A stretch of DNA of 64,000 bases from Lingula anatina (Eukaryota; Animalia; Brachiopoda), in assembly GCA_051362555.1 (NCBI GenBank), contig CM120641.1:26108401-26172400 (forward strand), in the 5' to 3' direction. A program made the translations under genes and the position numbers. Below the pieces are notes generated by a model. It worked only from the letters and a program-made list of their open reading frames with translations. It had not been told where the DNA came from and did no database searches. Shown in pieces: positions 13,178 through 26,903 of this stretch. How positions within the stretch are numbered: position 1 is the stretch's first letter; each line of letters opens with the position of its first letter.

Positions 13178-16100
13178 CCCGCTTGCTCCTGTGCGGACCT
13201 GTTCTTCCAAACTTTCCTGTAGTTCCTACATTCTAAATGCAGTTTTTAAAGATGAAAAAACATTGATTACTGTTCAATTTAAGGTCCTTTTCCTCCCTCT
13301 CCTGTCTAATTTCCTGTATGAACTACTCACAGAATATGTTACATCTCAGCCAGTGCGTAAACAATTCTCCGCTAGTAACTATTATATCCTTATCGTCAAA
13401 TCCATAATATTGTTCCGTCGGATTTTGTTATTCTTTCTTTGTTGGAATATTTACAAATGGCCGGTACGCAACACAATCCACTGTGCGACCGATCAGGCGA
13501 ATGAATCTCGTGTGAGACGACTTTCCCATACAAAAGAGTGAAAATAATGGACGAAACAGACAAATTTTATACTTAGACTCTGTAAATAAAGAGGTTACAG
13601 TAGTTGGCTGTAAACACAAGCTTTGAATCTGGTTGAATAATAGCCACTTTGCGTGGCCGGCAGTCTAATATGGCCATAATCCTTGCCCGAAAATATAGAA
13701 AAGAAAACCCAAATAACAACAAGCTCCTCTCACATCATTCTATAAAATCATGAACAATGTATCAGATTTGGCTGGAATGTTTTCTAGGTTATTAGGGGTC
13801 TAAATCACACATTATATTTCAACACCATACCTGGAGGTAAAATCAATATTTTTAATTTCAACTTATTACGTAGATTCAAACCCAAACGAACCCTAGATAT
13901 GGCAATAAAATAATGAAGGGAGCAGTGTAGATCATGAGAGTTCGATAATATGATTCACTCGGCAATAATGTGCAATATTTTGTACTTGATAACGAAGCTG
14001 TCGAATTACTTCAAAGGTGTTTATCGCAAAAATTTTTACTTTTTGGGATCGCTTATCGCGAAAATTTCGTTTTGATATGGTAACGCCCATGGTAGTGATG
14101 GTCGATAGCCTATCTACTGTGGGCAGCTATTGTGGAATGGAATTCTATATAAAATGAAATTGAAATATCTTGTGGTTAAAGATTACCAAAAATGTTTTTA
14201 GATGGACCAATATTCTGTTATATGAAGTACTAGTAGATCCGCTTTGCTGATATGAATAAACTGAACATATTTTGTGTAATGTAATACTATAGTATGGCAG
14301 TCAATTGTTATTTTTTCTTTAACAAGAAACAATGCGTACATAGAACATCATGAAAAACGACACAAAAGTAACACACATAAAAAAATGTGTGCTTGCGAGG
14401 GCATTAATGTGCTAGTGAAACTTTTGCCCAGAGGTCCGTCGTTAGGGGAGGAAACGCCGCATTGCGTTAGTAAAACTGGTACACCAAAAACAATGAAACC
14501 CGTGCAATCAACACTCGTTACACGCATTATACAAAGATTGTATCTAACAGCATCAGCTGTTAAACACTTACTGTAATTTAGTTGTTGGAATTGCCCCACA
14601 TGGATTACGCCCAAACTCATATTGGTGTTTAAAAATATAACAAGACGGAAGCATTGCAGCAGGTCGTTCCTTTTGGGATCTTTTTTTCCTAGCAAACATA
14701 GGAGAAGATCAATTGTACGTCTTTATTTGTAAACACCTACCCACTACCGCGTATGTTAAGATACCTCATAGTATATCACCACTTCATAGGATAAGCATTA
14801 CTACTTCATGCATGATAGAAGGCGACTTCATTGGTTAAAAATATGCTTAACACACGTATGTATGTACATTTGCACTTGGACCAGTCTTGTAGAGGTTATC
14901 CAAGGCGCATATAGGACATGTACATCAATGACAGCCACTGTAGCCTACATCCCAACGCAAGTTTTAGTGCATTTTTGTACTGAAGATCTTCGTTCCTCTC
15001 ATTTGTTTATTGAACATCACCAGCAAGAAGTGATTGTGAAACTTGACACCTCACACTCAACAGGGAGTGGATATCAGAAAGACTTCATAGCTATATTACC
15101 AATGTTGTTATTGGTTGTCGTCGTTATTAGTTTTACCTCTTTTTTTCCTTCTCTAAATACGTATGTGATCTGTTGTAATGAATATACATGTACATGTATA
15201 TGTACTCACGTAGTGTGTTAAATTTTGCGGTATTTTATTAAATCAATTTATTAATTAACGCATCCATATATTCATTGATTTATTCATTTCTTTATTTGTG
15301 ACTGAAATATGATAGTTTTGCGATTGGAGAAAAGAAAAGATGTCCGAAATCTGTCCCAGCTAATAAGAAAAATATTGAAATAATAATCCAAAAACTAATT
15401 TCGAATTCTGACAAATAAACATATTGGGAAGTAGAAAGGGCACTCGATAAAATCAAAATTAATTGTCATGCACCGGACTCCACGCCCTCAAATAACCTCA
15501 GTCATGACAGTGTAAGTATGCAATGTTTTAATTAAGATAAAATAAAATTGGAAAATTGTGGTCGCACCCGTCTGTTTGCATGTGAAGAGATTGTTAAGGG
15601 GTGAAGGTGTGCCACTGCAAAATACCACTGTCATGTCTTATTAACCTGTACTTGCTAAACGATACTTGAGTGTTAGATAGAAAGTAGGCGGCATTCTATT
15701 GATCCAGGACAAACCGCGAAACAATTCTGTCAGTTAAAAACCACCGCGCTTGTTTGCAAATCATTGTTTTTCCTTTCATAATCCTACCCCCACTTTACTA
15801 AGAACCGTATCTAAAAACACAGACCTATCTTATCACAGAAAATCGTACACTGTATCCCACGCTCCACGTATTACAAGAAAAACGAGCAGGATCTAAAAGA
15901 TCGACCCATTTAAGTTACAGTTGAGTTCGCTCTCTGTTTAAACACTTTAACCACTTTCAAAAGAATGTCGAAGCCCTTCAGACTTCCCCAGTAGAATACA
16001 AAACGTGTTTGATTTCGTGATAGCAACATCCCCTACCACGCAAAAAGTTGATGGGAAGGAAGCTCGATATGCACTGTACGTTCATTTTACTTTCTGACCA

Positions 16101-19100
16101 CATGACGTGCTACGTGTAGTAGTCTTTAATAAAAATGTTCATTGGCAGTGTAATTTTATAGTAGTGAATTTTAGAGTCCCTAATATGAATTTATATTAGC
16201 GGGTACGTCGAGTGCAAGGCGTAAAACCACCAGGTCAACTCAGCCAATGCATGGAAAGATTTGGGTGCGGAGCAGGTGTCAGAAGATCCAAGTTTGATCT
16301 ATTTTTCCTTCTACATGTATCAGAATATGCCTTCTTCCTAACAAATCGTTCCAGAAGCAGTTACATAGTTTGATAAATGGCATTGTCTTTATTTCACCAA
16401 CAAATGCACTCCTTGTCTTATTTTATATTCTCAGGAGATAATTAATCAGCAATGGGCCGCATGATCATATATCATGTTAGATAATACTTCGTGTTTCTAA
16501 ATGCTTTAGGCGTGACTTTGAAGAAGATGATATTGCATACTGCGGGTATAATCTAGTGTATAGAAATTTGCAAAAATCCATGTGTGCTGACGTTGAATAG
16601 CAATCTTGCAGAGGAAGTAAATGCCTCCGCCGTTAATTTGCGCTACACGTTATTGTAAGCAATACGCACAATTCTAAACTCCAAAGATACCTCACCGACG
16701 GAAAAGTCACTCTCATATGGGTCGTCTTCATATATTTGCCATTGGCAATGTCAGTGCAAAGCCATTAACGGTGAAAAAAATAAGGTCGGGGGATCCGTTA
16801 AACTGGATTTCATTTTTTGCACCAGGGACTGGAAGCAGTGGTAAATATGGTACATCGAACTCATCAGATAAGTCACAAAAGGAGCGCCTCGTGCATGGGT
16901 AGCACATCAACAATCAATATTCCGAATTAAGATCTCTATTTTAACTCTGTCTAGTGGTTTGAAATAGGGGACTTAATTCTCTAAACACGCGCGTTTGCTA
17001 TAGGCCTTTCTTTCCTCTTCTGAATTGTGATACGATTCTGGCAAATGTGAGTCTCTTTAATGTGTAAACCGCAACCCGACTTCACATAAACCTACGTATA
17101 GAGCCGAACACTGATCTGAAATATAACGCAATTGACAGAGAGATACAAATGTAATCTCAATCAATGAAAACAAGGGAAATGATGGGATGTGCGTTGATTG
17201 ATGTTAAAATAACCAGATAATGACTTATATGTGACTCACAAAATATTGCATCCGCGTATAAAGCCGGTCCACATATTAATATTTGATAACAGGGATTTTC
17301 TTTAACTAAAAATCTGCCAGTTTATTATCAACATTGTATGGTCATGATGTCTGATTATTTCAGCTTTCCCCTTTTTTCTTTTTTGCTAGCAAATGACTCG
17401 AAAGCGATTTTGAATAAATGCAGTAGCTCATTCTCGCAATTATAGATTTCAGCCAACGTTGCGTAGTAGAGCAATTCTAATCAGAGTGCGTAATTAACTA
17501 CTGGTTTAATGAGTACGAAAATTCACACTTCGTTCGTGCTAAGCAATGGGCAATATAAACGTCAATACGTTATTTATTCGATGGGATTAATTTACATTTA
17601 TTTTTATCACCAAAATGGTAGATACATAATTGAAGAACTAGATGCACGAAAACCCTCATTTTAGGTATGTCCATGATCATATAACCAGTCTGTCAACCTT
17701 TAGTCCACCTTAATTACCTCAACACAGCAGACACTTAAATTAAGATAAGTTCACCCTATATAGTCAACCTCACAAGTAGAGACTTATAAGTGTCTACAAT
17801 GGCAGTGGGCGGGATACAAGTGGGATTAGTTTCGCTTCTTATGGTGAACAAATCGTAAGCCACCTACTTAGTTGGGTCGGACCAAGATGGGGCGTCCTAA
17901 CCTGACTGGGAACGTGACTTACTAGTGGAAGTTGCTCACGTTAATTCATGTGCCAACTTACATGTAAACGAATAAACATGCATCTTTCATGACATTAATC
18001 ATGTACGTATCATGTCTTGAATTTATTAGAATTAATCAATGATACAAATAAATTTGTATTTAGGCCTTTTCTGGAAACTTTATATTACTTATATGACATG
18101 TTCACGTCTACAGCGAGTGAGACCATATATAACAATTTTGGCTTTGAAAAAAAGTGACTCTGGCTTATCGCTGCCTATGCAGGATCCAAAATTGACCACA
18201 AAAACCAACAAGGTCTGTGTTTACTTTTAACGAAACTATTTAGGCACTTGACCCGTGTTAGAGGTCGTCAAATTGCTAAAATCATTCACTAACTTCCAAA
18301 TGCCACCTTTCAGAAAAGTAGGTCGATATTTAAATCATCCTGATTTTTTAATTTTCCATTCCAATGACTTTCACGAGTAAATGAGCTTCTGCCATATAAG
18401 ATATGCACATTTTAATAGTAAAATCAATAAAATACAAATCTTTCCTAGAACGTCAATACATTTAAAAGCACACAAAGAAATTTCTGGCAGTGCCCAGACT
18501 ATGAATAGAAATCCGCCTCTGGAGCATTGTCACAAATGACAGGAAGATGGCGTGTTTTTAATTGTAACAGATACCCAACATTATGCAGATAAGAATGCAT
18601 CACTCTCGATGATAACGGCGTCGAACTCGTGGCTGATACACTGTATGCCGGACGAACTATGGAATATTTATAACATCATTATATACATGAACCCATGTCT
18701 TCCTACCTATACCAACACATTCTTATGCAGGCCACCAACTAGTCCAATTATTCGATGTGCGGACACATTTAGAGTAAATGAATCGCTGAATAATGAGCTC
18801 CATATTGAATGTTCGATTAACAAATCTAAACAGGAAAAGAATATCGATCTAAATGATATTCATACCACCAAATTTTTTTAGACGCTTGAATTTTCTAGAC
18901 GTCCTTAGAGAGTTACGAGCTTGAATAAATAATGTTGTTTGCACAACAGTAATTGAAGCCCTAAAAGCTGTAATTATCTGCTTGTGGAATCCGCCCAGGT
19001 GGAATATCGATAATATATTATTCGTTTGCTAGCATATGTTCACCATTCTCATAGCTCTCGCTGTCTACGAAGGCTCATCGTTTGATTGTGTGTAGATTCA

Positions 19101-19155
19101 AGTGCTATTTGTGGATCTTATTTATAAGCATAGGGTCTTTTAATCCAGTGTAGCT

Positions 19156-19986
19156 ATGACCACCGCAATAGACAGTAGCCAGAGAAGCGTCTTAGAAGGA
19201 AGTGCTGATTGTATTAACAACAACCTCAGTACTGTAGAAAACATGGATACAGAGGAGGCGCCTTGCAACGACAGGAGACACTGGTCTACACAAAGACAGG
19301 GACTCAGAAAACAGGCCTCGAAAAGTATAGGGGATTTACAGGAATTGTTCTGGGAGAGACAGGAATCGGGCCACGAGGTGTATCGACTAGGAACCCGACA
19401 AGGGGTGTGTAGTACCCCAAGCCTAAATATTGCGTATTCTACCGCTTCCACGAACCCAGTAAACATGGCACAAGGACATGGGAAACGAGACATGGAACTG
19501 TGTCTAAGTTTGGATTTAAGTATGCCTAGGTCGGGGTCTTATTTGGACCAGTGTAGTCCTTTTTCGTGCAGTCGCGCCTCATCCCCAGTATTAAGCAAAA
19601 CTGACAGACCCTTCGCCCACCAACAGTCTAGTTCCAGTCTCTTGGCTCCATCTTGTCTCACGGATATAGACGCCGCCAGTGTAGAGTGTTTGTACAGCGG
19701 CATAGGCCGTCTTGGCGTTAGCTCCATAGACATCCCGTGCTTAGATAATCAAGATAACGAACAACTCTCAGCATCAAATATGCAAGAAGTAGAAGCAGAT
19801 AACCAGAATAGCGCCGGGGCACCAACGGCCGGAGATATTGAGGACATTCCGAGCGAAAGTGTGCCGGCGTTAGTGCGCAGGAGGCACTCTGTAATAAAAT
19901 GTCGCAGTTGGCTAGCGTCCCTGCCAGCTGAGGCATCTGAGGAGGACGCTAGTTCGGAGACGGGGCAAAAATTCGAAACGAGCTAG
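19156..19986 (+). CDS. Intronless uncharacterised Ser-rich, probably disordered protein (276 aa)
   Basis: 831-nt ORF, more GC-rich than its flanks, followed by an AATAAA-containing stretch near 20078. C-terminal 'RRRHSVIKCRSWLASLP' motif. No domain recognised. Confidence 0.6.
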   Translation: MTTAIDSSQRSVLEGSADCINNNLSTVENMDTEEAPCNDRRHWSTQRQGLRKQASKSIGDLQELFWERQESGHEVYRLGTRQGVCSTPSLNIAYSTASTNPVNMAQGHGKRDMELCLSLDLSMPRSGSYLDQCSPFSCSRASSPVLSKTDRPFAHQQSSSSLLAPSCLTDIDAASVECLYSGIGRLGVSSIDIPCLDNQDNEQLSASNMQEVEADNQNSAGAPTAGDIEDIPSESVPALVRRRHSVIKCRSWLASLPAEASEEDASSETGQKFETS

Positions 19987-20952
19987 TAAATTGGCTTAGT
20001 TCCCTAAATGACACTGCAGAAGATAAATACACAATTTTATTCACTAGAAAGCTCATCCGTCTCCAGGGAAACATCGAAATAAATAAGCGGCTGTTAGGTA
20101 ATGGATAAAAAAATGAATGCCCCGCAGTGCTTATTTTGTGCTGAAATGACAAAAGGATATAAACGTTCTTCACCTGATATGACATTATAAATTCATTGCC
20201 TATGCTTATGAACTAGGTCATTGGACAGCTTGAATGAGGCTTATCATTCTTATATGTAAAAAATATCACCATATATTTCATAAGGCGAACAGGCACCCGC
20301 TACCACTTTGGTCTGCCTCTCCCTGCGTATGCTATACACGAGAGGTCCGTTTCTGTTGTACAATTGATCTGTCAAAGTAGCAGGGTATACATGTGTATAT
20401 CGCATATTAATTTGTAAATGGTTCATCAACCCACATTTTCTTTAGTATTATCTGGCTATTTTTTTTAACATGAGGCATTGTTTCCAATTATAGAGAAACT
20501 AGTTAAAACAAAGACCACGCCAAACCGGAAATCGGACTTCTGTCAGCAGACAATCAGATTGACTATCTTGGAATTTAATGAGCGAGATACTATTATCTGA
20601 AGTCTATTCGTATTCAGTTTGCGATATGTAGGGAACGCATTTGATTTTCGATCTATAGCCGTGTTCATCTGAGCAGACATTACGTTTAATACGATCTAAT
20701 GCCGTATGGATTTCAGTTCGCCAGAGTAGGTTATATAATGGTTATCTTGCTGTTTCAGTGGAAGTGGCACAATCTTTCAGTGTGGATATGACTCTGTTAA
20801 ACAGCATATGAATTTCACTTTATGGTAATGTCGGCTGTAATGTGGCTGCCATTTGATTCAATAGGCATTATTGCCTTGTTTGTCTGACATTTACTTGCCC
20901 CCTGAAATGTCATTGCTTTTGTGAATTCGACTTAACGGGTTTTGGTATGCAT

Positions 20953-20985
20953 ACACACGCACACACACACACACACACACACATG

Positions 20986-21020
<35 letters not shown>
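20953..21020. repeat. (CA)n-(GA)n microsatellite
   Basis: Read directly from the sequence. Confidence 0.9.
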
Positions 21021-21021
<1 letters not shown>

Positions 21022-24000
21022 TGAAGCCTAGTCAGTTTCCAGTCGTCTTCAAATAGTAGCCAGAAGAGGATGATTTGAAACTGGGCTCGCTTGTTAGTCT
21101 GTTGCAGCTGCCTCTTGCAGCTACAGTACCAAGCAGCTGTGATGCATCTCAGTTGAAATCTCTTTAAGAAGGAAAGTTAGACATTATTTTTCAGTAGTCT
21201 GCTGTGGCTACTTTTTATTAAGTGTTAAAGCTTTGTCATAAACTATACACCTACATTGAATCTTCTCAGATTTGGTTTAAAAGTGAAATAAAGGGGCTCG
21301 TTGCGTTCGTCATGGTGACGCCAATACTCTAGAGTGGCATGGGCTGCAGACACGTATGTATTGGCGTTATCTCTGTCTGTAGATGTTTTGAACCCAGATA
21401 TTGTTTCCATGATTGTGTTAAGGAACTACAAGTCCCGGCTTTTGTGAGTGCCCTTTAAAGAGAACTCGGTGATAATTAAAGTCTATTGAATGTATGCAGG
21501 ATTTCTCATTATTTTTCCTCCCTCCTGCCAACGCTGCTTTAAACTAACGAGCTGCATGTTAAGTTAACTCTAAACAAAAATGTTTCAAATTTATTTCCTA
21601 ATTAATATCTGGATTTACCATGATTTTGGTAGAAATATGCCGTGTGCCAGTCTTTAAATTGTTTTATTATTCTTTCCAAATGGTTCGTAATGAAAAAATC
21701 TCATTTGTCATTCGAATTGCCCATTTGAAAGAAAATATAATTTGCAGAAATTGCGTCCGGCTACATGTCAAAAATTGCTTTCACTGTCAATTTACGATTC
21801 ATCTGTACAAACGTAAAACATTTGACATTCAAAATAAAAGCGATTTGATGTGAATGCAAAATAATCGATTTCTCAGCTTTTTTTCCTGCCCTTCTAGAGG
21901 CAACAACATGAAGAAATTTACAAAATGTAATGTAGCCATGGCAACAATTGCTAATTACGAACTGTTCTCATCTTTGGACTTTGCATTGTAAGGTACAGAC
22001 TTCATGTAGTTATTCATACGTGAACCAACCTAAGATGGGGAAACCACTCAAATGCCCATTATCAGTTATAACATCGTCTGCGTTAGTGATAAAATTCAGC
22101 TGATTCCGATGATGTCGATATTAACCGTTGGATAGACGAAAATCTCTTTACTGTAATGTTGACACATATGCTGTGCAATATTAGATTTCATAACAACATA
22201 TGGTGTTTTTAATATTAACGTGGAGGCTTAAGCTTATGTGACAGTGCTCTTCATAAAAATGCATTAGTCATTCGGCTATCGCAGTGATAAGCATGGTATT
22301 CTTCGTATATTCAGTCATGTACACTATGCAAGGAGAGTGTTGGTCTTGCTAATATTTTTACACATATTTAATCACCACAAGAGTCAATATTCATATCACG
22401 TGAAATGATTCGTGCCGTAAGATGGTATTTTAAGTAAAGCAAATGCTGTTAAAAGGCTGTTTCCATTCAACCTTATTATCGCAGGCAAAATGGGAGACTT
22501 GCAAAGGGTATTGATCCAGTTTATCGATTTACCAAGCCAATAACGGAAGAGAATTTAATCCCTTGCGAAATCGGGGACTGATTTTTCCCTTCTATGCACG
22601 TTGTGATTTTTGTGACTGGAAGCTTTCGCTTTTTACGCTCCTGCTCTGATGCACTGTAGAAACCCAAAAAGGATCTGATGAGCGTGTAGTAGTGCACACG
22701 TAAGTTCTCGTCGTACAACTCTTCTGGTCACGTATATATGGATTGCATCGCGTGTAGCCGAGGGAATACTTCCAATAATTGCCGAAGCACTTGTGTAAAG
22801 AGAAACAAAATTTGGCAACACTCTGTACATGCTTCCTATGATTCGGGAACACTAAAAAACAGACCGATACTGTATACAGATTTTTCACATCACAACATGT
22901 TACATATAGATGCGTATTGTACATGTGCGTATTTAATGCCTCGTATAATAAACAAAAAAATAACAAGGACTGTCATTTAGTACTAAAATGTTTATACTTT
23001 GTAATATCCCTGCACAAGGATGATTCGGTAAGTGAAGAGAAAGTTGATGAGCCAATTGATATATTTTATTTCATTTCATATTATGATCACTTCCACATAG
23101 GCGTGCGTAAAAAAATACATCAGTAATGATAATATGGTGAAATAAACATCCGTAAACTAGGTTTAAAGGCTGCCAAACTTAAACAGATTTTTCGTCACGA
23201 GCATGCACAATCGGTTTCTGGTGAGATTTGCCAAAATTGGACCTTGCAAAATGACCTTGGCAGATAAAGCCAAAAATATACATATAATCGTGAGTTTTAA
23301 GAAAGAGCGTTGTGCTGGCTTTCACGCACATATTGGATTTGATGTAACACTTTTTGTTGAAACCAAAAGAACTGAAAGTACACCATTCATGCATGAAATA
23401 TGCTCATTAGAGTTAACCGTTAAATATTTATGATAGCTACATGTAAAACCAGAAGAAATGATAGTACTACAAGCATGAAATATATTCATTAGAATTTACC
23501 CTGAGATATTTATAATAAAAACTTTGAAATGAGGTCACGAAAAGCGATCGTTATATATCTACCGAATCCCCCAACCAAATGATAAGAAATCGTCCAATAC
23601 AGAAATGGAGTGGCAAGAAAGGAAATGAAATAACATAAAAACGGATAAACGCAAGTTATACAAACGAGACAGTGATTCAAATCGTATAGATTTGGCATCG
23701 GAAGCCAGTGAGAGGTACAAGCTGAACGATTAGGTTGTCTTCTTAAACTTTTGCGATTTCGCTTCAAATGAACTGCAGTGATATAGAAAGAAAGTGTTAC
23801 TGTGTCATAGCATAGAAATCTATAGAAATACGGAAAACACTGTGAGCGAAAGGCGACGGTGCAGCGATAAACCAAGAGATTGATAAATTTGTTTGCTAAT
23901 AAAATTGCAAAATGAAATTATCTTTTCTCGATGGAAAAAAAATTCAGTAAGAAATGTTACAGAAATTATGTAAACTGTTCTGAATAGTTAAAGCTGTTTA

Positions 24001-24669
24001 TCGCAAAATTAAATAAAAACCTTGTCAGAGGTACTACGTTGCAGTACGTTATGCATTGACATTCTATTTTCCCTAAAGCTGTGTTTTTTTTTTTTTTTTT
24101 GACTACTACAAAGTCTTTGGTGCATATTGACAAAAATGCAGTTTATTGACATTACATTCTAACATAAAAACATCAACAAATATCAACGAAAGAACACATT
24201 TTACAAAATACAGAACAAATTCACAATCAAATTATGTGTGAAAGAAGAGCTAAATCTTCTAAGTCTTGGGTTTTTATATTTGCATTCAAATTAGATATTT
24301 TTCTATAAGATTCAGTCCTGAAAGTATTTAACTAACAGTGGTCAGTTAAGCTGTAAGGGGAATGTTTAATACGTTTCTTTAATGCTCAAGGTGGAATTCT
24401 TCAGTCTTTGGTTCAGCTGTAGGACAATCAATGTGTGTGCCACGTCTTTATGGCCCACATTTCCAAAGCACGTTAACAATATGACAATACTTAAATATAT
24501 ATACGGAGGTGAATAAAAATTATTTCAACAGTTCACCTTGTTGGAAGAAGATCATATATGAATATTTCATAATTTGAAAATGACTAAGTTCCGTGTTGTT
24601 AAATGCATAGTATGCACTCAAGTTCATAACAAAACCGGATTTAGACCATTTACGTTCGGACTGTTACGC

Positions 24670-26801
24670 TTATTTTCCAATTTTTCTGAGCCTGTTCCTC
24701 AATAAGTTGGCAAAGAAATTTGGTGGTAATGTCGGTGGTCCCTGTGTAGGTGAGGGAAGCCCATGTGCGTTCCTAAAACTAGTGAAGGCCCTGTTGGCAA
24801 TTCTTCTAGCAGCAGCGAAGGACTGGGCTTCGAATATGTGGTCGGGAATTGGAGTCGAAACCAAGGCCTCGATGCTCGCGAGATTTATCCTAGGGCCGAT
24901 AGGACTGGCAAATATCTCTACACCTAATATAATAAAATAAACGTTTATATTATTTTAATTTTATACATTAAGATTTCATTAAAACACTCCATGCAAAATA
25001 TGCAAAATTGTCGAAAATAGAATGAATTAATTTTATCAGGGGATAATGAAAATTGATAAACTCGATCACTCTCCTTTCCACGCGCCAATCTGACCTATTA
25101 ATCTTACCACTATTAACCTTGAGCGCGTTAGCCACTGGGACGGGATCTTTCCCGCTATTTTTATTGCCATCTGTCAGTATCCATAATAAAGGCACGCGTC
25201 CAGCACCCGAAGCAGCATCCAAGACCGTTTTAGCTTTTTCAAGACCCACGCCCGTTGCTGTACTTGGACCTGTTGAAACATAAGAAGAAAAACAGGATAA
25301 ATAACGAGTCTGCACGCTAGGATTTGGGACAAGTGTTCGGAAGAGAAATGCATTAGCTGTGCTGAGCGCAGCTGTTTTGATGTTCAAGTTGAGAATGTTG
25401 GTAGCATTGCTTTGCAAAAAGAACGATTTTTGCTAAAACAGCGAAACAGGTGACGTCAGGCTGAGAAAAATGACTGAAATAAAACACTCAGCGATATGGA
25501 GAAATATTTGCCCCCCCCCCTCTGCCAAGGGGTAAGATCTTTCTTTACTTATGGCACACATACCGTTGTCAAATTTGATGCCGTCGATTGCCGTCTTGAC
25601 GGCTGCAGGATTGCTATTGGCCGTGAAGGTGAACTGGGTGCGGGTAAGGGCAGGGGAAGAAAAGCTCACACAGGCAATTCTTGATCCTGTGCTAGAGATT
25701 GGTGCCTGTTGGTCCACAAAGTCTACGATTTCCTGGAAATCGAATAAAAAATAATTATGATGATTATAAAACAAAAAATAAGCTGTACTTGAAAGAAATT
25801 TAAAGCTTAGAGAAGAAGAAAAGAAACATATATAGACTTTTTTGTTGTTCGTTCGTTACTGCCTCGAGCCTTTTTTTAGACAAAATTTTGTCGTTGGGGA
25901 AGTGGAATCCTGTTATATATTGCATTACACTATGAACACAAACGTCGGTATTGAAAATTAATTATTCTCAACAGCATAATTAAGGACAGCCTACGTGTAT
26001 CCACACTTGCTAATCATGCACCGTTCGTACCCGGATGCGGATGAAAGGCGCCTGTAACCGCTTCCGCACGCAACAAGTCAATCCCAGTCCAATGTAAAGA
26101 TTTTAATTGCACCTTATCTAAATCAAGTGGCAATTTATTTCGCAGTCACCTAACTTCCTCCGTGTTATGTTTCAATTCTAACTGCAAATTAAACTCACCT
26201 TCATCATGTCTTTGCCCACGGTGAAGTTTTCTTGTCGAACACTACCGCTGCTGTCGAGGACAAATATTAGGTCTATCTTGGGTACAGCGCCACCATTCCT
26301 GCCTACTTTACTACCGATCTTGCAGCCAAGCCCAAGACAGCCAGACCGCGATGTGCTTGTTGTTGGTAAAAACTTTGATAAAAATCCTCTTTGAAATGCA
26401 TCTGCAACAGCTTGTTCACTGCGGAACCCCGTAAGACCTGAAATGATTGTTTGGAAAGTTTGGTAAATCTCTCAAATCTCAAGACTTTTTTTCGAAATTG
26501 CTCGCAAAAATCTGAAACTAAATTTTACCATTCCCATTCATGGTATGAGAATATCATTATGATAGCATTTTAAAATAAGAATTAGATTCCTGACTTATAT
26601 GTACGTGCAAGTTTCCGACCTTCAACTTGACATCAAAATTGATAACTGACTTTGATTCGGCTAAAGGGAATTTGATCCCTCTATTTTAAAGATAGTTTTC
26701 GTACCGATAAAATTGATTTTTCAAAAGAATGCATCGATTGGGAACTTACCTAATGAAGCCTCAACAAATAACAATGCTAAAACAAACAGTGCCTTCCACA
26801 T
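24670..26801 (-). CDS. Secreted single von Willebrand factor A (VWA) domain protein, copy 1 (291 aa)
   Basis: Exons 26750-26801 (signal peptide MWKALFVLALLFVEASLG), 26199-26437 (DLIFVLDSSGSV, the MIDAS DxSxS motif), 25564-25732, 25108-25269 (STATG...LWILTDG) and 24670-24923. All phases are compatible. Confidence 0.9.
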
Positions 26802-26860
26802 TTTGATGCGTTGAAAACAGTGCATGAAACTCCTATACTGGTGAAGCCGTATTGACCTTA

Positions 26861-26903
26861 GTTTTTATATACTGTTGTAACCCGGATCTATGAGTCTGAG
26901 TCA
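26861..26903 (-). promoter_or_regulatory. TATA box and AP-1-like site of VWA copy 1
   Basis: Minus-strand TATATAAAAA about 60 nt upstream of the ATG; TGAGTCA at 26897-26903. The TATA box is also present in copy 2 (~32287-32296), where the AP-1 site reads TGCGTCA. Confidence 0.5.

Noticed and set aside
16696-16913. Possible alternative first exon of the LRRC74A-like gene ending YEDDPYESDFSV|GTGAG
   Set aside because: The phase fits, but an in-frame stop lies shortly upstream with no ATG or clear acceptor after it. Not supportable without transcripts.
21932-21945. X-box-like palindrome GTAGCCATGGCAAC
   Set aside because: It is not near an identifiable transcription start, and a single motif could occur by chance.
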